Assembly (NCBI GenBank): GCA_963752975.1
Contig: CAVWAG010000008.1
Coordinates: 98,824 to 162,823, forward strand
DNA length: 64,000 nt
Direction of reading: 5' to 3'
Source of the DNA: an uncultured Chloroflexia bacterium
Lineage (GTDB): Bacteria; Chloroflexota; Dehalococcoidia; GIF9; UBA5629
This document shows positions 18,572 to 28,788 of this stretch, piece after piece. The notes beneath the pieces were generated by a model that made no database searches, had not been told where the DNA came from, and was given only the letters and a program-made list of their open reading frames with translations. The first letter of the stretch is position 1. The number at the start of each line of letters is the position of its first letter. A program made the translations under genes and the position numbers.

Positions 18572-19933
18572 ATGCCTCATATGCTTATCATTGGTGGTAG
18601 TGATGCCGGAATCAGCGCAGCCATGCGTATAAAGGAACTTGATAGGCAAGCCGATGTAACTGCAGTGGTAGCAGACGGATACCCCGGTTTTAGTATCTGT
18701 GGGTTACCGTTTTTTCTCAGTGGGGAAGTGACGGACTGGCACACACTAGCTCACCACAGCATGGAGGAATTAGAAAAACAGGGTATTGGATTGCGACTCA
18801 ATCAAAGGGCAGAAGAGATTCTTTCGGACAAAAAAATGGTACGCACTATTTCGATCGAGGGGAAAATCCAGGAGATTGCCTACGACAAGCTATTAATCGC
18901 TACCGGGGCCGAATCTGCCAGGCCACTGATTACCGGGTTGGATGAGAACGGTGTTTTCTTTTTGCGCTGGATGGCGGATGGATTTGCCATGCAAAAGTTC
19001 ATAGAAGAGAATAATCCCCGCCGATGTATCATTATCGGTGGTGGGTATATCGGGCTGGAAATGGCCGATGCGATGACCCATCGTGGGTTAGAGGTGACTT
19101 TACTGGAGTTTGCCCCCGAGATATTAACGACCATGGACCCTGTTTTGGGCAGGCTGATCAGGGCTGAGCTTGAATCTAAAGGCGTTAGGGTTATCACGGG
19201 CAGGGCTGTCCAGGGCATTGAGCGTAATAACCATGGACTGCATGTCCGAACCGCCACCGGTGAAACCTCGATTGCGGACATGGTCCTGGTGGCCACGGGA
19301 GTCAAACCTTCCAGCCAGTTAGCCCATGCCTCTGGCATTGCCATGGGGGTTGCGGGGGCTATCCAGGTAGACCGGGCCATGGCCACCAATATCCCGGATA
19401 TTCTGGCCGCAGGCGATTGCGCCGAGACCTGGCACCATATCCTTAAAAGCAAAGTTTACATGCCGCTGGGCACTACGGCCCACAAACAGGGCCGGGTAGC
19501 CGGTGAAAACATGCTGGGAGGCAACCGTGAGTTCGAGGGCAGCCTGGGGACCCAGGTAGTTAAGGTATTTGATAGAGTGGCAGCCGGTACCGGTTTGCAT
19601 GAGATACAGGCGGCTAAGGCTGGCTTCGATCCTTTGACCGTTACGTTGACATGCCTGGATCACAATGCATATTGTGCGGAAGCAAAAGAAATGACCATCT
19701 GTATAACCGGCGACCGCCCTACCGGACGCCTGCTGGGCGCCCAAATTGTGGGGCACCGGGAGTCTGAAGTTGCCAAACGTATCGATATAATTGCTGCGGC
19801 GCTGTATAACAATATGCTGGTAGAAAACCTGTGCGATCTTGACCTTTCATATACTCCACCCCTATCAAGCCCGTGGGACCCGGTTCAAAAGGCAGCTATG
19901 CACTGGAGCACAACGTTAAAAGGAGGCCTGTGA
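18572..19933 (+). CDS. FAD-dependent pyridine nucleotide-disulfide oxidoreductase, CoA-disulfide reductase / NADH oxidase family
   Basis: The 453-aa ORF has an N-terminal GxGxxG (IIGGSDAGISAA), a single redox Cys context (SICGLPFF, cf. CoADR SFxNCGLPY), a second dinucleotide fold (IIGGGYIGLEMA) and AAGDCA. Confidence 0.8.
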   Translation: MPHMLIIGGSDAGISAAMRIKELDRQADVTAVVADGYPGFSICGLPFFLSGEVTDWHTLAHHSMEELEKQGIGLRLNQRAEEILSDKKMVRTISIEGKIQEIAYDKLLIATGAESARPLITGLDENGVFFLRWMADGFAMQKFIEENNPRRCIIIGGGYIGLEMADAMTHRGLEVTLLEFAPEILTTMDPVLGRLIRAELESKGVRVITGRAVQGIERNNHGLHVRTATGETSIADMVLVATGVKPSSQLAHASGIAMGVAGAIQVDRAMATNIPDILAAGDCAETWHHILKSKVYMPLGTTAHKQGRVAGENMLGGNREFEGSLGTQVVKVFDRVAAGTGLHEIQAAKAGFDPLTVTLTCLDHNAYCAEAKEMTICITGDRPTGRLLGAQIVGHRESEVAKRIDIIAAALYNNMLVENLCDLDLSYTPPLSSPWDPVQKAAMHWSTTLKGGL

Positions 19934-21183
19934 TGTCAGCTTTATCTGCCGGAAAGAAAAAAGGTGTTTTAATCGCGCTCTCAGTCATCATCGGGGTGCC
20001 GGTTGTTTTGTTCCTGGGACTGTTAGCAACCATTGCCATTATGTACGGTCCGGTTTATGCCTACCGCGTCCTGGTTTATAACGAGGCCACGATTGAGGAC
20101 TATAAGCGGGTATTCCCGTTGCGTGCTGTTGAAAACCAGCCGCCTGTCTTCAATTTCAAGACCGCAGCGCAACCGCTCCAGATCGGCAAAGTAACTTACA
20201 CATATCCTTTGGGCAATTCTACAACAATTGACTTTGAACCCTATTTGGCCCAGTCGGACTCGACAGCTTTTATCGTTATCAAAGATGACACCGTCCTCTA
20301 TGAGAAATACCTCAACGGCTACCAACGCGATTCAATCAACAGGTCCTTCTCAATGGCCAAATCGATAACTTCAACGCTTGTGGGCCTGGCCGTGCAGGAT
20401 GGCTACATACACAGTATAGATGATACCGTGATTACATATCTGCCCGAACTCAAAGGCCGCGGGTTGGACGCCATGACCATCCGTGACCTCCTGGTGATGA
20501 ATTCAGGTATCGCCTTTACCTTGTTGCCGCGCGATGCCTTCATATTGGCCCAGCCATTCTATGATGAGGCCTTAATGTACTATATGCCCGACTCGAGGGC
20601 TCACGTCCTGAATCTGAGGGCAGGGAAAGAACCGGTCGGCGCTTATTTCCTCTACGATGATTATTACCCGCTTTTAGAAGGCATGATTGTAGAGCGCACC
20701 AGCCATAAGACTATATCTGAATACACTGAGGAAAAGCTGTGGAGACAGCTCGGGATGGAATTTCCCGCTTCCTGGAGCCTTGACAGCGAGCAGGACGGTT
20801 TTGAGCAGGCCGCCAGCGGTTTCAACGCGCGCTCCATCGATTTCGCCAAGTTTGGACGTCTTTTCCTGAATGACGGCAGTTGGGAAGGCAGGCAAATATT
20901 GCCTGCGGGTTGGGTTAAGGAGGCGACTTCGCCCGATCCCAAAGACAAGAGGCCATGGATGAACGACCGGGACTGGAAGAATGCAGGCGGATATTACAAG
21001 TATCACTGGTGGGGCATTGTTAACCAGGATGGAACGTACGACTATACTGCTACGGGGAGCCCGGGAGGTCAGATTATCTACATCAGCCCCGGCCACAATG
21101 CAATTGTAGTGCACAACGGCGCCAGCGGGGACCCCATGGTATGGGCAATGATCGCCCGTTCCATAATCCAGGACATGAAATAG
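19933..21183 (+). CDS. Membrane-anchored serine hydrolase (beta-lactamase / class C PBP-like family)
   Basis: An ATG overlaps the upstream stop (TGATG at 19931-19935). The ORF has an N-terminal TM helix and an SxxK motif (FSMAKS). The track ORF starts earlier, at 19873, inside the upstream gene. Confidence 0.7.
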   Translation: MSALSAGKKKGVLIALSVIIGVPVVLFLGLLATIAIMYGPVYAYRVLVYNEATIEDYKRVFPLRAVENQPPVFNFKTAAQPLQIGKVTYTYPLGNSTTIDFEPYLAQSDSTAFIVIKDDTVLYEKYLNGYQRDSINRSFSMAKSITSTLVGLAVQDGYIHSIDDTVITYLPELKGRGLDAMTIRDLLVMNSGIAFTLLPRDAFILAQPFYDEALMYYMPDSRAHVLNLRAGKEPVGAYFLYDDYYPLLEGMIVERTSHKTISEYTEEKLWRQLGMEFPASWSLDSEQDGFEQAASGFNARSIDFAKFGRLFLNDGSWEGRQILPAGWVKEATSPDPKDKRPWMNDRDWKNAGGYYKYHWWGIVNQDGTYDYTATGSPGGQIIYISPGHNAIVVHNGASGDPMVWAMIARSIIQDMK

Positions 21184-21258
21184 CAGTGTTCACACGGTCA
21201 GATGTGCCGGCAGCCCGTCGCGTCTTTGCCCTGGCCGATGGCCGGAACCTTGTGCAAT

Positions 21259-22908
21259 TCACTGCTGTTTAAACGTGACGAAACAATATGAAAGCGGGTT
21301 GAGCGTGATATTGGGGACACCTGCTTCCGGCTGCTGCCGGCCCTGTATTACAGGCAGGCTGCCATCGGGGGCGAATTTGAGTTCGCTGCCGTTCAGCAGG
21401 ACTTCTTTGCTGAAGATATCCGGCGTGGTGAACTCATAAATCTGGCTGCTATTGCTCTTGATGGCGGGGAGAGAGACAGCGGCGCTACGCTGGTGGTCGA
21501 GGTTAATGAGCAGGACGGTCAACGAGCCCGGCTCATCGCCGGCGCCGCTGTGCGCATAGGCGCGTAATTTTCCGGACGGGTCTCCACTGACCTTCACATC
21601 GTAGACCCGCGTGCCCATCAGGCGTTTCCAGAGCAGCGAGCTCCAGTAGTCCGGCCTGGGTGCAAGGTCTGAATCATCGATCATACCGTAATTCATGCCG
21701 GTAAGGCTCTGGCGCACCACGGTATCATGGCCGGCGCGGGCCAGTAGACCGAGCTGGTCCATCCACCACAGGCCGCCCAGGTAAACGTCCGAAAGCCCCG
21801 GCTCGCCTCCGAACTGGGCATTGCCGGTTTCTCCTAACCAGATAGGTTTGCCCGGCGCGTAGCGGTCGCGCCACTGCTTGATTTGATCCGCCCAATGTTT
21901 GGCCTCATCCAAGTTTTTTGGGTCGAGCAGGCGAGACGGGAAAGCGCGCCTCGTGGCAATCGGGCCCCGCCTGGATTGCTGCGGGTAATAGTGCCACGAT
22001 ACCAGGTCTATTTTGTCGTTAGATATTTCCAGGTACTGGGGCATATAGCCGTAGAATAATGATAGTGGCTCGCCCAGCAGCGGCCAGAAAGCGCTGCCCT
22101 GCCCGGAAAAGTGGGATGATGGCATGTATTGCTTTACCAGCGCACGGGCGGCCGACAGGTCTTTATCGTATTGTTGGGGAGAGACCTGGGTCTTCAGCCC
22201 GTGGACGAACCAGAAGATATTCAATTCGTTGCCCAGCTCCCAGAGTGCGACATGGTAGCCATGTTCCGCGGTGTATTTGAGCAACTCGGTCGCATTTGTG
22301 CCATCCCAGCTTCCATCTGCCTTCCTGGAAGCCGGCCCGGCGTTAAGTGTGAATACCAGTTGCAGCCCGTTACGGGTGGCAAAGCTATTCACGTTGTCCC
22401 ACTGTTTGGCGGTCATGACCGATTTATACCCTGGCGGCGCATTGGGCTGGAAGTCAGATGTGTCCTGCATCGCGTAATAAATCTTGTCGGCCTCGGAGCC
22501 GCCGATGCGCAGGTAGGCCGGGGCCAGATTCTGTACCATTGTGTCGAGCCGTGGCTGGTTGAAATTGAAGACCGGCGCATGCACGCTGCCGGAACCCGAT
22601 TCCGTTCCGCTGGCTGCCGGGTTCCACCACTTGCCGCCAACTACCTGCGAGGAATCAATGGCAAAGGAGATATACTCTTTGGAAACTATATTGACCGGGA
22701 CACCGGTATCGACGCTGACCTGTGCCTTGTACGTTTGGCCGGCTTCCGCGCCCTTGAAACTGATGTCCGTTTGCAGTATTTTCGGTTCCGGCTGAGATTG
22801 GCCGGCGATTAAATCGATCAGGTTGCCATTGGCATTCCACATGGCAAGTGAAACTATCACCGCCAACAACAGCAGTACTGAGACAACAGCGATAAGCCAT
22901 TTTTTCAT
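21259..22908 (-). CDS. Membrane-anchored glycoside hydrolase, GH79-like (heparanase / beta-glucuronidase family)
   Basis: The 549-aa ORF has an N-terminal TM anchor, LRIGGSEAD, WELGNELN (acid/base Glu context) and IWLGETGNA (nucleophile Glu context, cf. heparanase WLGETS). Confidence 0.7.
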   Translation of the reverse strand: MKKWLIAVVSVLLLLAVIVSLAMWNANGNLIDLIAGQSQPEPKILQTDISFKGAEAGQTYKAQVSVDTGVPVNIVSKEYISFAIDSSQVVGGKWWNPAASGTESGSGSVHAPVFNFNQPRLDTMVQNLAPAYLRIGGSEADKIYYAMQDTSDFQPNAPPGYKSVMTAKQWDNVNSFATRNGLQLVFTLNAGPASRKADGSWDGTNATELLKYTAEHGYHVALWELGNELNIFWFVHGLKTQVSPQQYDKDLSAARALVKQYMPSSHFSGQGSAFWPLLGEPLSLFYGYMPQYLEISNDKIDLVSWHYYPQQSRRGPIATRRAFPSRLLDPKNLDEAKHWADQIKQWRDRYAPGKPIWLGETGNAQFGGEPGLSDVYLGGLWWMDQLGLLARAGHDTVVRQSLTGMNYGMIDDSDLAPRPDYWSSLLWKRLMGTRVYDVKVSGDPSGKLRAYAHSGAGDEPGSLTVLLINLDHQRSAAVSLPAIKSNSSQIYEFTTPDIFSKEVLLNGSELKFAPDGSLPVIQGRQQPEAGVPNITLNPLSYCFVTFKQQ

Positions 22909-22959
22909 AGTATTCTACCCATCCTTTAAAAGATCATATGGAACAAGCCCGCTCAAATT

Positions 22960-25900
22960 TTAATTGAAATATGACATAACCGTGTGCAGGAGTATCCTGG
23001 CCTGTACTTCCATGGGCACACTCATGCCCTTAGGTTCGCTATCCGCGGGTTTGAAGCTCACCGTATCCGATATTGCGGTTTCCTTGCCGTTACTGTCCAC
23101 GGCGGCAATAGCAGCGTAATAAGTGGTCCCCGGAGAAAACATTGCGCCGCCGGTGAACTCCGCCACAGCGAGTGTAGATGCATTGCCGTCTTGCACGTAC
23201 ATCTGGCTGAGCTTGGCCTTATCCGTGCCGCAGTACACGTGGTAAGAGGCGGCATCCGCCTTCGGTTTCTCCCAGTGGAAATACACGTTGCCATTGCCGT
23301 AGGTTGCCAGGAATCCCTTCGGTGTCTCAAGGTCGGCTGCTATGCCCGGGCATCCCAGCATGTTTGACGTGACAGTATAAGGGGGATGGGCATATGATAT
23401 CAGCCCGTCATGTATATTTGCAGGCAGGTCCCTCCCGTCAAAGAAGCTTACCATCAGGGAGAAATTCGACGTGTACCCGCTGTAAGTACAGGCTGAAGTC
23501 TTGTACTGGTCGCCAGTGTAAAGCGCCATTAGATAGCCATCGCCGTAGCCCCAGGTGGGCTGGATATACTGCTTGCCGAAATAGCTGCCGAAGGGGTTGA
23601 GCTTCAGGCTGAACCCGCTGGCCGGGTCGTAGTTGACTTTCAGAGGGCAGAAGGCGAAGTTGGACATACGCGAAGTATCCATGGCTACTGCCAGTCCGCC
23701 TTTCTCGCCTGCCACCGCTACGTACTCGGCGGTAATGTGGTTGTTAACATTGGCCAGGTCCAGATTCTGGGCGGAAACCTTGAAATAATCGATCAAGTAG
23801 TCAGATTCCACTCCCAGGAAGTTGCGCTTGATCACTTTGAAGGGTACTTCTTTGGTGGCGCCCTGTGCGAAATTTATTTCGGCAGGCGCGGTTTCCTGCC
23901 AGTTGGAATCGTAGCGGCGCGCCAGGGCGGCGTTGTCAGGCTTGAAAATATCGTTACGGGGCGTATCGGGATAGGTCACATTTGCATCTACGAAGATGGC
24001 CGGTACGTCTTCGACCAGCATCAAGCGGTAATCAACCGTGCCGTTATCGGTTCCCTCAACCGGCAGACCGAAGTTGCCCGTCAGCCGCAGTGCCGCCACC
24101 CCATTCGAACCATCGCTTTCCACGCTGGTTTCTAACCTGTCCGGCCTGTACCATTTACCGCCGTAGTTGATGCCGGGCAAGAAACTGCCCGCCTCAAGGC
24201 GGCGGATGTCTCCTGAGGTCACATCGATTATCTGCCCTTTATCATTGAGCTCGACCGAAATCAGGCCGTTGGTCAGCTTAAGGGGAGTGCAGGCTGTGGC
24301 AGTTTTTTTATCTTTAATGGGCGGCCCGCTGTAGAGGTTGTAAACTCCATCGGTCAACATCTGACCTGCCGGAATATGCAATCTGAGCGAGGTAGTCATG
24401 GTCAACTGGCATCTTTCCAGTGAGACCAGTGGGGCGGGTATGGGTTTGCCGTCCCGCCCGGATATATAGAAGAAATTATTTCCTGGTACCCGTCCGGACA
24501 GGCTGAGGTCAACAAACTCCCCATATGCTGAGTTGGTAGCGGGCGATTGCCTCACCAGCATGAAGGAGCCTATCTTTTCAAATCCCGGGGGCGATGCCTC
24601 GGGCGGCGGATTCTGTTCCAGGTAGACCCGGGCCGCCGCCTTGGCCGTTTCGCGGGCGGATGCAGAATCAGTCGTAAGGTCGCTGATAATAGATTCAACC
24701 ACTCGCTCCCGTGAGCTTGCCAGGAAGGGCGTGGCCAACCCGAAATTGGTAGTGGACATCAGGCGCATCCTCAGTTCGTATGCCTGGTTGAGAAGGTCCT
24801 GCACGCCAGGTGGTATCCCGGAGCCGGTCAGCCTGTAAATCTGGTTAACTAGGCTTTGTGTCTGGCGGTCATAGGCTACGCCTGACCAGTAATCGGTGCT
24901 GTAAGCCTTTTCAGCCCAGCTTGAATAACCGTCGAAGCTACCGTCCGCAGTATCCTGCCCGAAGCTGAAAGTGCCTACCGGCTTGTGATTTTTCATATAT
25001 CCGGTCAAAGTGGTGAAACCTACGTAATCGAGGTCGGAGACGCTGTCTACGAGCTGGTTCAAGCCGCCGGTGTTGGGCAGCCATGATAGGTATGATGGCA
25101 GCTTATAGCCGTACCAGTAATCGTCGTCGGCGTCCGTATTGAGGAAGAGCAGGACGTCGTTCTGTATATTGCCTTTAAGCTGCTCGCGGTGGAGCATGGA
25201 GACCCACTGGCGGATGCCGATATTCTCGGCCATATCGCCGTGGTTATATGCCGGGATAATGGTGATTTCTTCGCCTGTATTTTTATTTAGATATATCAGC
25301 GGGTTGTGCGCCTCCTCCAGGGTGAGTTCGCGCCCGAAGACGCGGAAGGCGTCGAAGGTGATAGCGCTATAATAAAGCACCACTCCCTCCACACCAAGTT
25401 CCTTGTAAAGCCTAAAATTGCCCGGCGTGGTCATCATCTCCTGCGGCCGCACGTAATGCCCCCATGTGCCAAAGAGATCCTGCAGTCCGCTGCCCTTATC
25501 ATTGGTAATAGCGCGTTTGACTGAGTCCCGGAATTCGTCCTCGGTCAACGCCGATGAAAGGGCGTTGTTATAGGACATCAGGATCACCTCGTCGCCATTT
25601 TCCTTCACGCGGCGCTGCAGGTTGCTGATAATATCGGGCGCATAGCGGGGAAGCTGTTCCTGCAGGGAAAAGAGATTCTCGATATCCCAGACGCCCTTTA
25701 CTGGGATTCCCCTGCTATTTTTCTCATCCAGAGTACTGATGATCTTGCGCATGACCCGGATATCTTTGCCGAAGCCGGCCTCATCGTTTGTATCGACACG
25801 GTAGGAATGATAGAGGTTGCCATGGAAGCCGAATGCCACGTACACCTTGTGGTCGGTCTGCCTGCCGATCAATTCGAGTTTGGGAATGGCATAGGCTGCC

Positions 25901-25968
25901 AGCAGCACGATCAGCAGACCGGCTATGATTGACCAGGTGATCAGTGCGGCTCTTTTTTTACGCGGCAT
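22960..25968 (-). CDS. Large (1002 aa) membrane-anchored extracytoplasmic protein, probably carbohydrate-active, with a C-terminal fibronectin type III-like domain
   Basis: The ORF is intact with an N-terminal TM helix. The N-terminal domain (VYVAFGFHGNLYHSYRVD..) resembles glycoside-hydrolase or deacetylase (beta/alpha)7-barrel families, but I cannot assign it. The C-terminal segment (..VYFHWEKPKADAASYHVYCGTDKAKL..YYAAIAAVDSNGKE..) is FN3-like. Confidence 0.6.
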   Translation of the reverse strand: MPRKKRAALITWSIIAGLLIVLLAAYAIPKLELIGRQTDHKVYVAFGFHGNLYHSYRVDTNDEAGFGKDIRVMRKIISTLDEKNSRGIPVKGVWDIENLFSLQEQLPRYAPDIISNLQRRVKENGDEVILMSYNNALSSALTEDEFRDSVKRAITNDKGSGLQDLFGTWGHYVRPQEMMTTPGNFRLYKELGVEGVVLYYSAITFDAFRVFGRELTLEEAHNPLIYLNKNTGEEITIIPAYNHGDMAENIGIRQWVSMLHREQLKGNIQNDVLLFLNTDADDDYWYGYKLPSYLSWLPNTGGLNQLVDSVSDLDYVGFTTLTGYMKNHKPVGTFSFGQDTADGSFDGYSSWAEKAYSTDYWSGVAYDRQTQSLVNQIYRLTGSGIPPGVQDLLNQAYELRMRLMSTTNFGLATPFLASSRERVVESIISDLTTDSASARETAKAAARVYLEQNPPPEASPPGFEKIGSFMLVRQSPATNSAYGEFVDLSLSGRVPGNNFFYISGRDGKPIPAPLVSLERCQLTMTTSLRLHIPAGQMLTDGVYNLYSGPPIKDKKTATACTPLKLTNGLISVELNDKGQIIDVTSGDIRRLEAGSFLPGINYGGKWYRPDRLETSVESDGSNGVAALRLTGNFGLPVEGTDNGTVDYRLMLVEDVPAIFVDANVTYPDTPRNDIFKPDNAALARRYDSNWQETAPAEINFAQGATKEVPFKVIKRNFLGVESDYLIDYFKVSAQNLDLANVNNHITAEYVAVAGEKGGLAVAMDTSRMSNFAFCPLKVNYDPASGFSLKLNPFGSYFGKQYIQPTWGYGDGYLMALYTGDQYKTSACTYSGYTSNFSLMVSFFDGRDLPANIHDGLISYAHPPYTVTSNMLGCPGIAADLETPKGFLATYGNGNVYFHWEKPKADAASYHVYCGTDKAKLSQMYVQDGNASTLAVAEFTGGAMFSPGTTYYAAIAAVDSNGKETAISDTVSFKPADSEPKGMSVPMEVQARILLHTVMSYFN

Positions 25969-26015
25969 GGGTCGCCTCCTCTATCTGAAACTTATGCGCC
26001 AACAATACGAGGCAT

Positions 26016-28742
26016 TCACTCGGCGTCGGCGCTTACCAGTATGCGGCCATCTACCACCAGGTAGCCGTCTCCATCGTTCAATACCTTGACCGGGTTGAGG
26101 TCCATCTCGAGTACCTGCGGATGGTTTTCCACCAGCGCCGAGATCCGCAGCAGCAGATCCTCAATGGACGGTATATCCGCCCTCTTTGAACCCCTCCACC
26201 CCTCCAGCAACTGGTAGGCCTTGACCGCCCTTACCATATCGTGTGCGTCTAAATCCGTCAGCGGGTGGATGCTGAAGGTCACGTCCTTAAAAAGCTCCGC
26301 GTATATCCCGCCCAGGCCGAACATGATGAGCGGGCCGAAGGCGGGATGCTGGGTGACGCCGACTATGACCTCGATGCCGCCCTGCACCATTTTCTGGATG
26401 ATGACGCCCTGCATATCCTCCGGCTTGCCGATACGCTGCAGGTTGTCGCTGATGCGGACGAAAGCCTTCTCTACCTCGCCGCGGCTCCGGCAGTCGAGTA
26501 CCACGCCTTCCACGTCCGTCTTTTGCGAGATGGTGGAGGATAGTATCTTCACGGCAACCGGGCATCCCACCTCTTCAGCGGCGGCTGATGCCTCAGAGGG
26601 CGTTTTCGCCAGCTTGAGAGTGACGAACCTTATGCCGTAGCAATCGAGCAGGCCGAGGATGGATTCGGCATCGAGCCAAACCTGGTCTTTGCCTGCTTTT
26701 GCCAGAGCCGACTGGATGATGCCTTCGGCCTTTTCCTTATTGATATCTGAGAACTCGGGGATCTTGCCGGTCGGCTTTCTCAGCCGCTGGCTGAATTCCA
26801 GCGCGCGCGAGAGCGCGCCGGCGGTCGACTCGGGGAAGGCGAAGGAGGGTACGTACCTGTTTTCCCTGGAGCCGAGTTCTATGCGTGCGCCTCTCAGGCC
26901 GAGGAACGAGGTAACCAGCGGTTTGCCGCGCTCGCGGAAGAGCGGAGCGACCTCCCTGATGATGGCCGCGAATTCCTCTGATAGCTTCAAGATGGGCGGT
27001 ATGAAGATAACCACTACTATATCAACGTTCTCGTCGGCGAGCAGCAGTTTCAGCGCGTCCCTGTATTGAGGGATGGCAAATTCCGGTGACATGTCGATGG
27101 GGTTGGAGGAGTTGGCACGTGGGGACAGCAGCGCCTTAAGCTGATCCGTAGTATTTGAGGACAGGACGGGTATTTCCAGTCCCCGCGCCTTGCAGGCATC
27201 TGCGGTGAGCAGTGCAGGTCCGCCGGCGTTGGAGATGATGGCTACCCTGTTGCCCGGCGGCAGGGGCTGGTTGGCCAGCAGGCTGCCGGTATCGAATAGG
27301 TCTTCCAGCGTATCGGCCCTCAAGATGCCCGCCTGCTTGAAGAGCGCCTCGGTGGCGGCCTCGTCGGTAGCCATGGAGCCGGTCTGCGAGTTGCTGACCC
27401 TCACTTGCAACGGTGTGCGGTTGCTGGTCACCGCAACTACCGGCTTTTTGGCCGTGATGCTGCGCGCGATGCGCGTGAACTTCCGCGGGTTGCCGAACGA
27501 TTCAAGATAGAGCAGCACTACGTCGGTGTCGGGGTCGTCCTCCCAGTATTGCAGCAGTTCGTTGCTGGAGACGTCCGCGCGGTTGCCGATGCTGACGAAG
27601 GTGGAGAGGCCGATATTGAGGTTGGTTGCGTACATTAAGATGGCTGAGCCGAGGACGCCGCTCTGCGTCGCGAAGGCGATGTTGCCGGGTGGCGGCACAA
27701 CGGCCGAGAAAGTGGCGTTCAGGTTTATTTCGGGGTTGGTGTTGATCATGCCCATGCAGTTAGGTCCCAGCATGCGCATTCCGTAGCTGCGGATGGTGTT
27801 GACGAGCTTGTTCTGCCGTTCCATCCCGTCCGCGCCGATATCGGAAAAGCCGGAGGTGAGCACCACCACGCCCCTGACGCCCTTGTGTGCGCATTCCTCC
27901 ACCACCTGCTGCACCTTGTCGGCAGGTATGCTGATGATGGCCAGGTCTATGTCGCCGGGGATGTCCAGGATGGACGGGTAGGCTTTGACGGCGGCTATCA
28001 CCTCGGCGTTGGGGTTGACCGGGTAGACCACTCCCTTGAAGTCCTGCTGGATAAGGTTGCGGAAGACGAAGTTGCCGATAGTGTTGGGCCGGCGCGAGGC
28101 GCCGATCACCGCTACCGATTTAGGGTTGAGGAAGGCGCGCAGTGATGCGATGGAGGTGAATTTTTCGCGTTCAGACGATTTCTGCTCGACCACGTCAGTG
28201 GGGGCGAGGTCCATGATGCCTATGTAGGTTGTGCCCTGGTACTGGCGCTGCATGTTGAAGCCGCTGTTGATGAGCACGTTCATCATGTCCTTATTCTCGG
28301 CCAGCACCTCGGCCTCGAACATGGTGATGCCCTTGTCACGCGCTGTATAAGCAAGCTGGTCCAGCAGGTGTGTGCCGATGCCCAGTCCCTGGTACTTGTC
28401 CTCAACTTCGAAGGCGATCTGCGCCCGGTTGGCGCCCGGCTGCCGCGCATAGCGGCCTACCGCTATGATGCGTTCCTCCGGTCCCTCGCCCAGCGTTCCC
28501 ACCAGAGCGAAAGTATCCACGTAGTCAACCGTGCAGAAGCGGCGCGCCTCCTCCCTGGACATGTGCGTCAGCACGTGATGGAAGCGCAGGTAAATGGTCT
28601 GCTTGCTCATGCGGCTGAAAAGCGCCAGCAGCCTCTCTTCGTCAGACATCTTTATCGGCCTCAAATGCAGGCTCGAGCCGTCCTTGAGTGCCACGCTTAT
28701 CGAGTATTTCTCGAAGCTTTTACCGTCCAGTTCCGCCGTCAT
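26016..28742 (-). CDS. GNAT acetyltransferase fused to an ADP-forming acyl-CoA synthetase-like module (CoA-binding, ligase-CoA, ATP-grasp); phosphohistidine position is Gln
   Basis: The 908-aa ORF is intact. It has an N-terminal GNAT with YQGLGIGTHLL, a CoA-binding domain (SVAVIGASRRP..), a loop reading KKPVVAVTSNRTPLQVRVSNSQTGSMAT (CAG codon at 27384-27386 where paralogs have His), and a C-terminal ATP-grasp domain. Confidence 0.85.
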   Translation of the reverse strand: MTAELDGKSFEKYSISVALKDGSSLHLRPIKMSDEERLLALFSRMSKQTIYLRFHHVLTHMSREEARRFCTVDYVDTFALVGTLGEGPEERIIAVGRYARQPGANRAQIAFEVEDKYQGLGIGTHLLDQLAYTARDKGITMFEAEVLAENKDMMNVLINSGFNMQRQYQGTTYIGIMDLAPTDVVEQKSSEREKFTSIASLRAFLNPKSVAVIGASRRPNTIGNFVFRNLIQQDFKGVVYPVNPNAEVIAAVKAYPSILDIPGDIDLAIISIPADKVQQVVEECAHKGVRGVVVLTSGFSDIGADGMERQNKLVNTIRSYGMRMLGPNCMGMINTNPEINLNATFSAVVPPPGNIAFATQSGVLGSAILMYATNLNIGLSTFVSIGNRADVSSNELLQYWEDDPDTDVVLLYLESFGNPRKFTRIARSITAKKPVVAVTSNRTPLQVRVSNSQTGSMATDEAATEALFKQAGILRADTLEDLFDTGSLLANQPLPPGNRVAIISNAGGPALLTADACKARGLEIPVLSSNTTDQLKALLSPRANSSNPIDMSPEFAIPQYRDALKLLLADENVDIVVVIFIPPILKLSEEFAAIIREVAPLFRERGKPLVTSFLGLRGARIELGSRENRYVPSFAFPESTAGALSRALEFSQRLRKPTGKIPEFSDINKEKAEGIIQSALAKAGKDQVWLDAESILGLLDCYGIRFVTLKLAKTPSEASAAAEEVGCPVAVKILSSTISQKTDVEGVVLDCRSRGEVEKAFVRISDNLQRIGKPEDMQGVIIQKMVQGGIEVIVGVTQHPAFGPLIMFGLGGIYAELFKDVTFSIHPLTDLDAHDMVRAVKAYQLLEGWRGSKRADIPSIEDLLLRISALVENHPQVLEMDLNPVKVLNDGDGYLVVDGRILVSADAE

Positions 28743-28788
28743 CGATGCACTCCACTATTAATAGCCTGAAAGGGCAGTTACGTCTATA

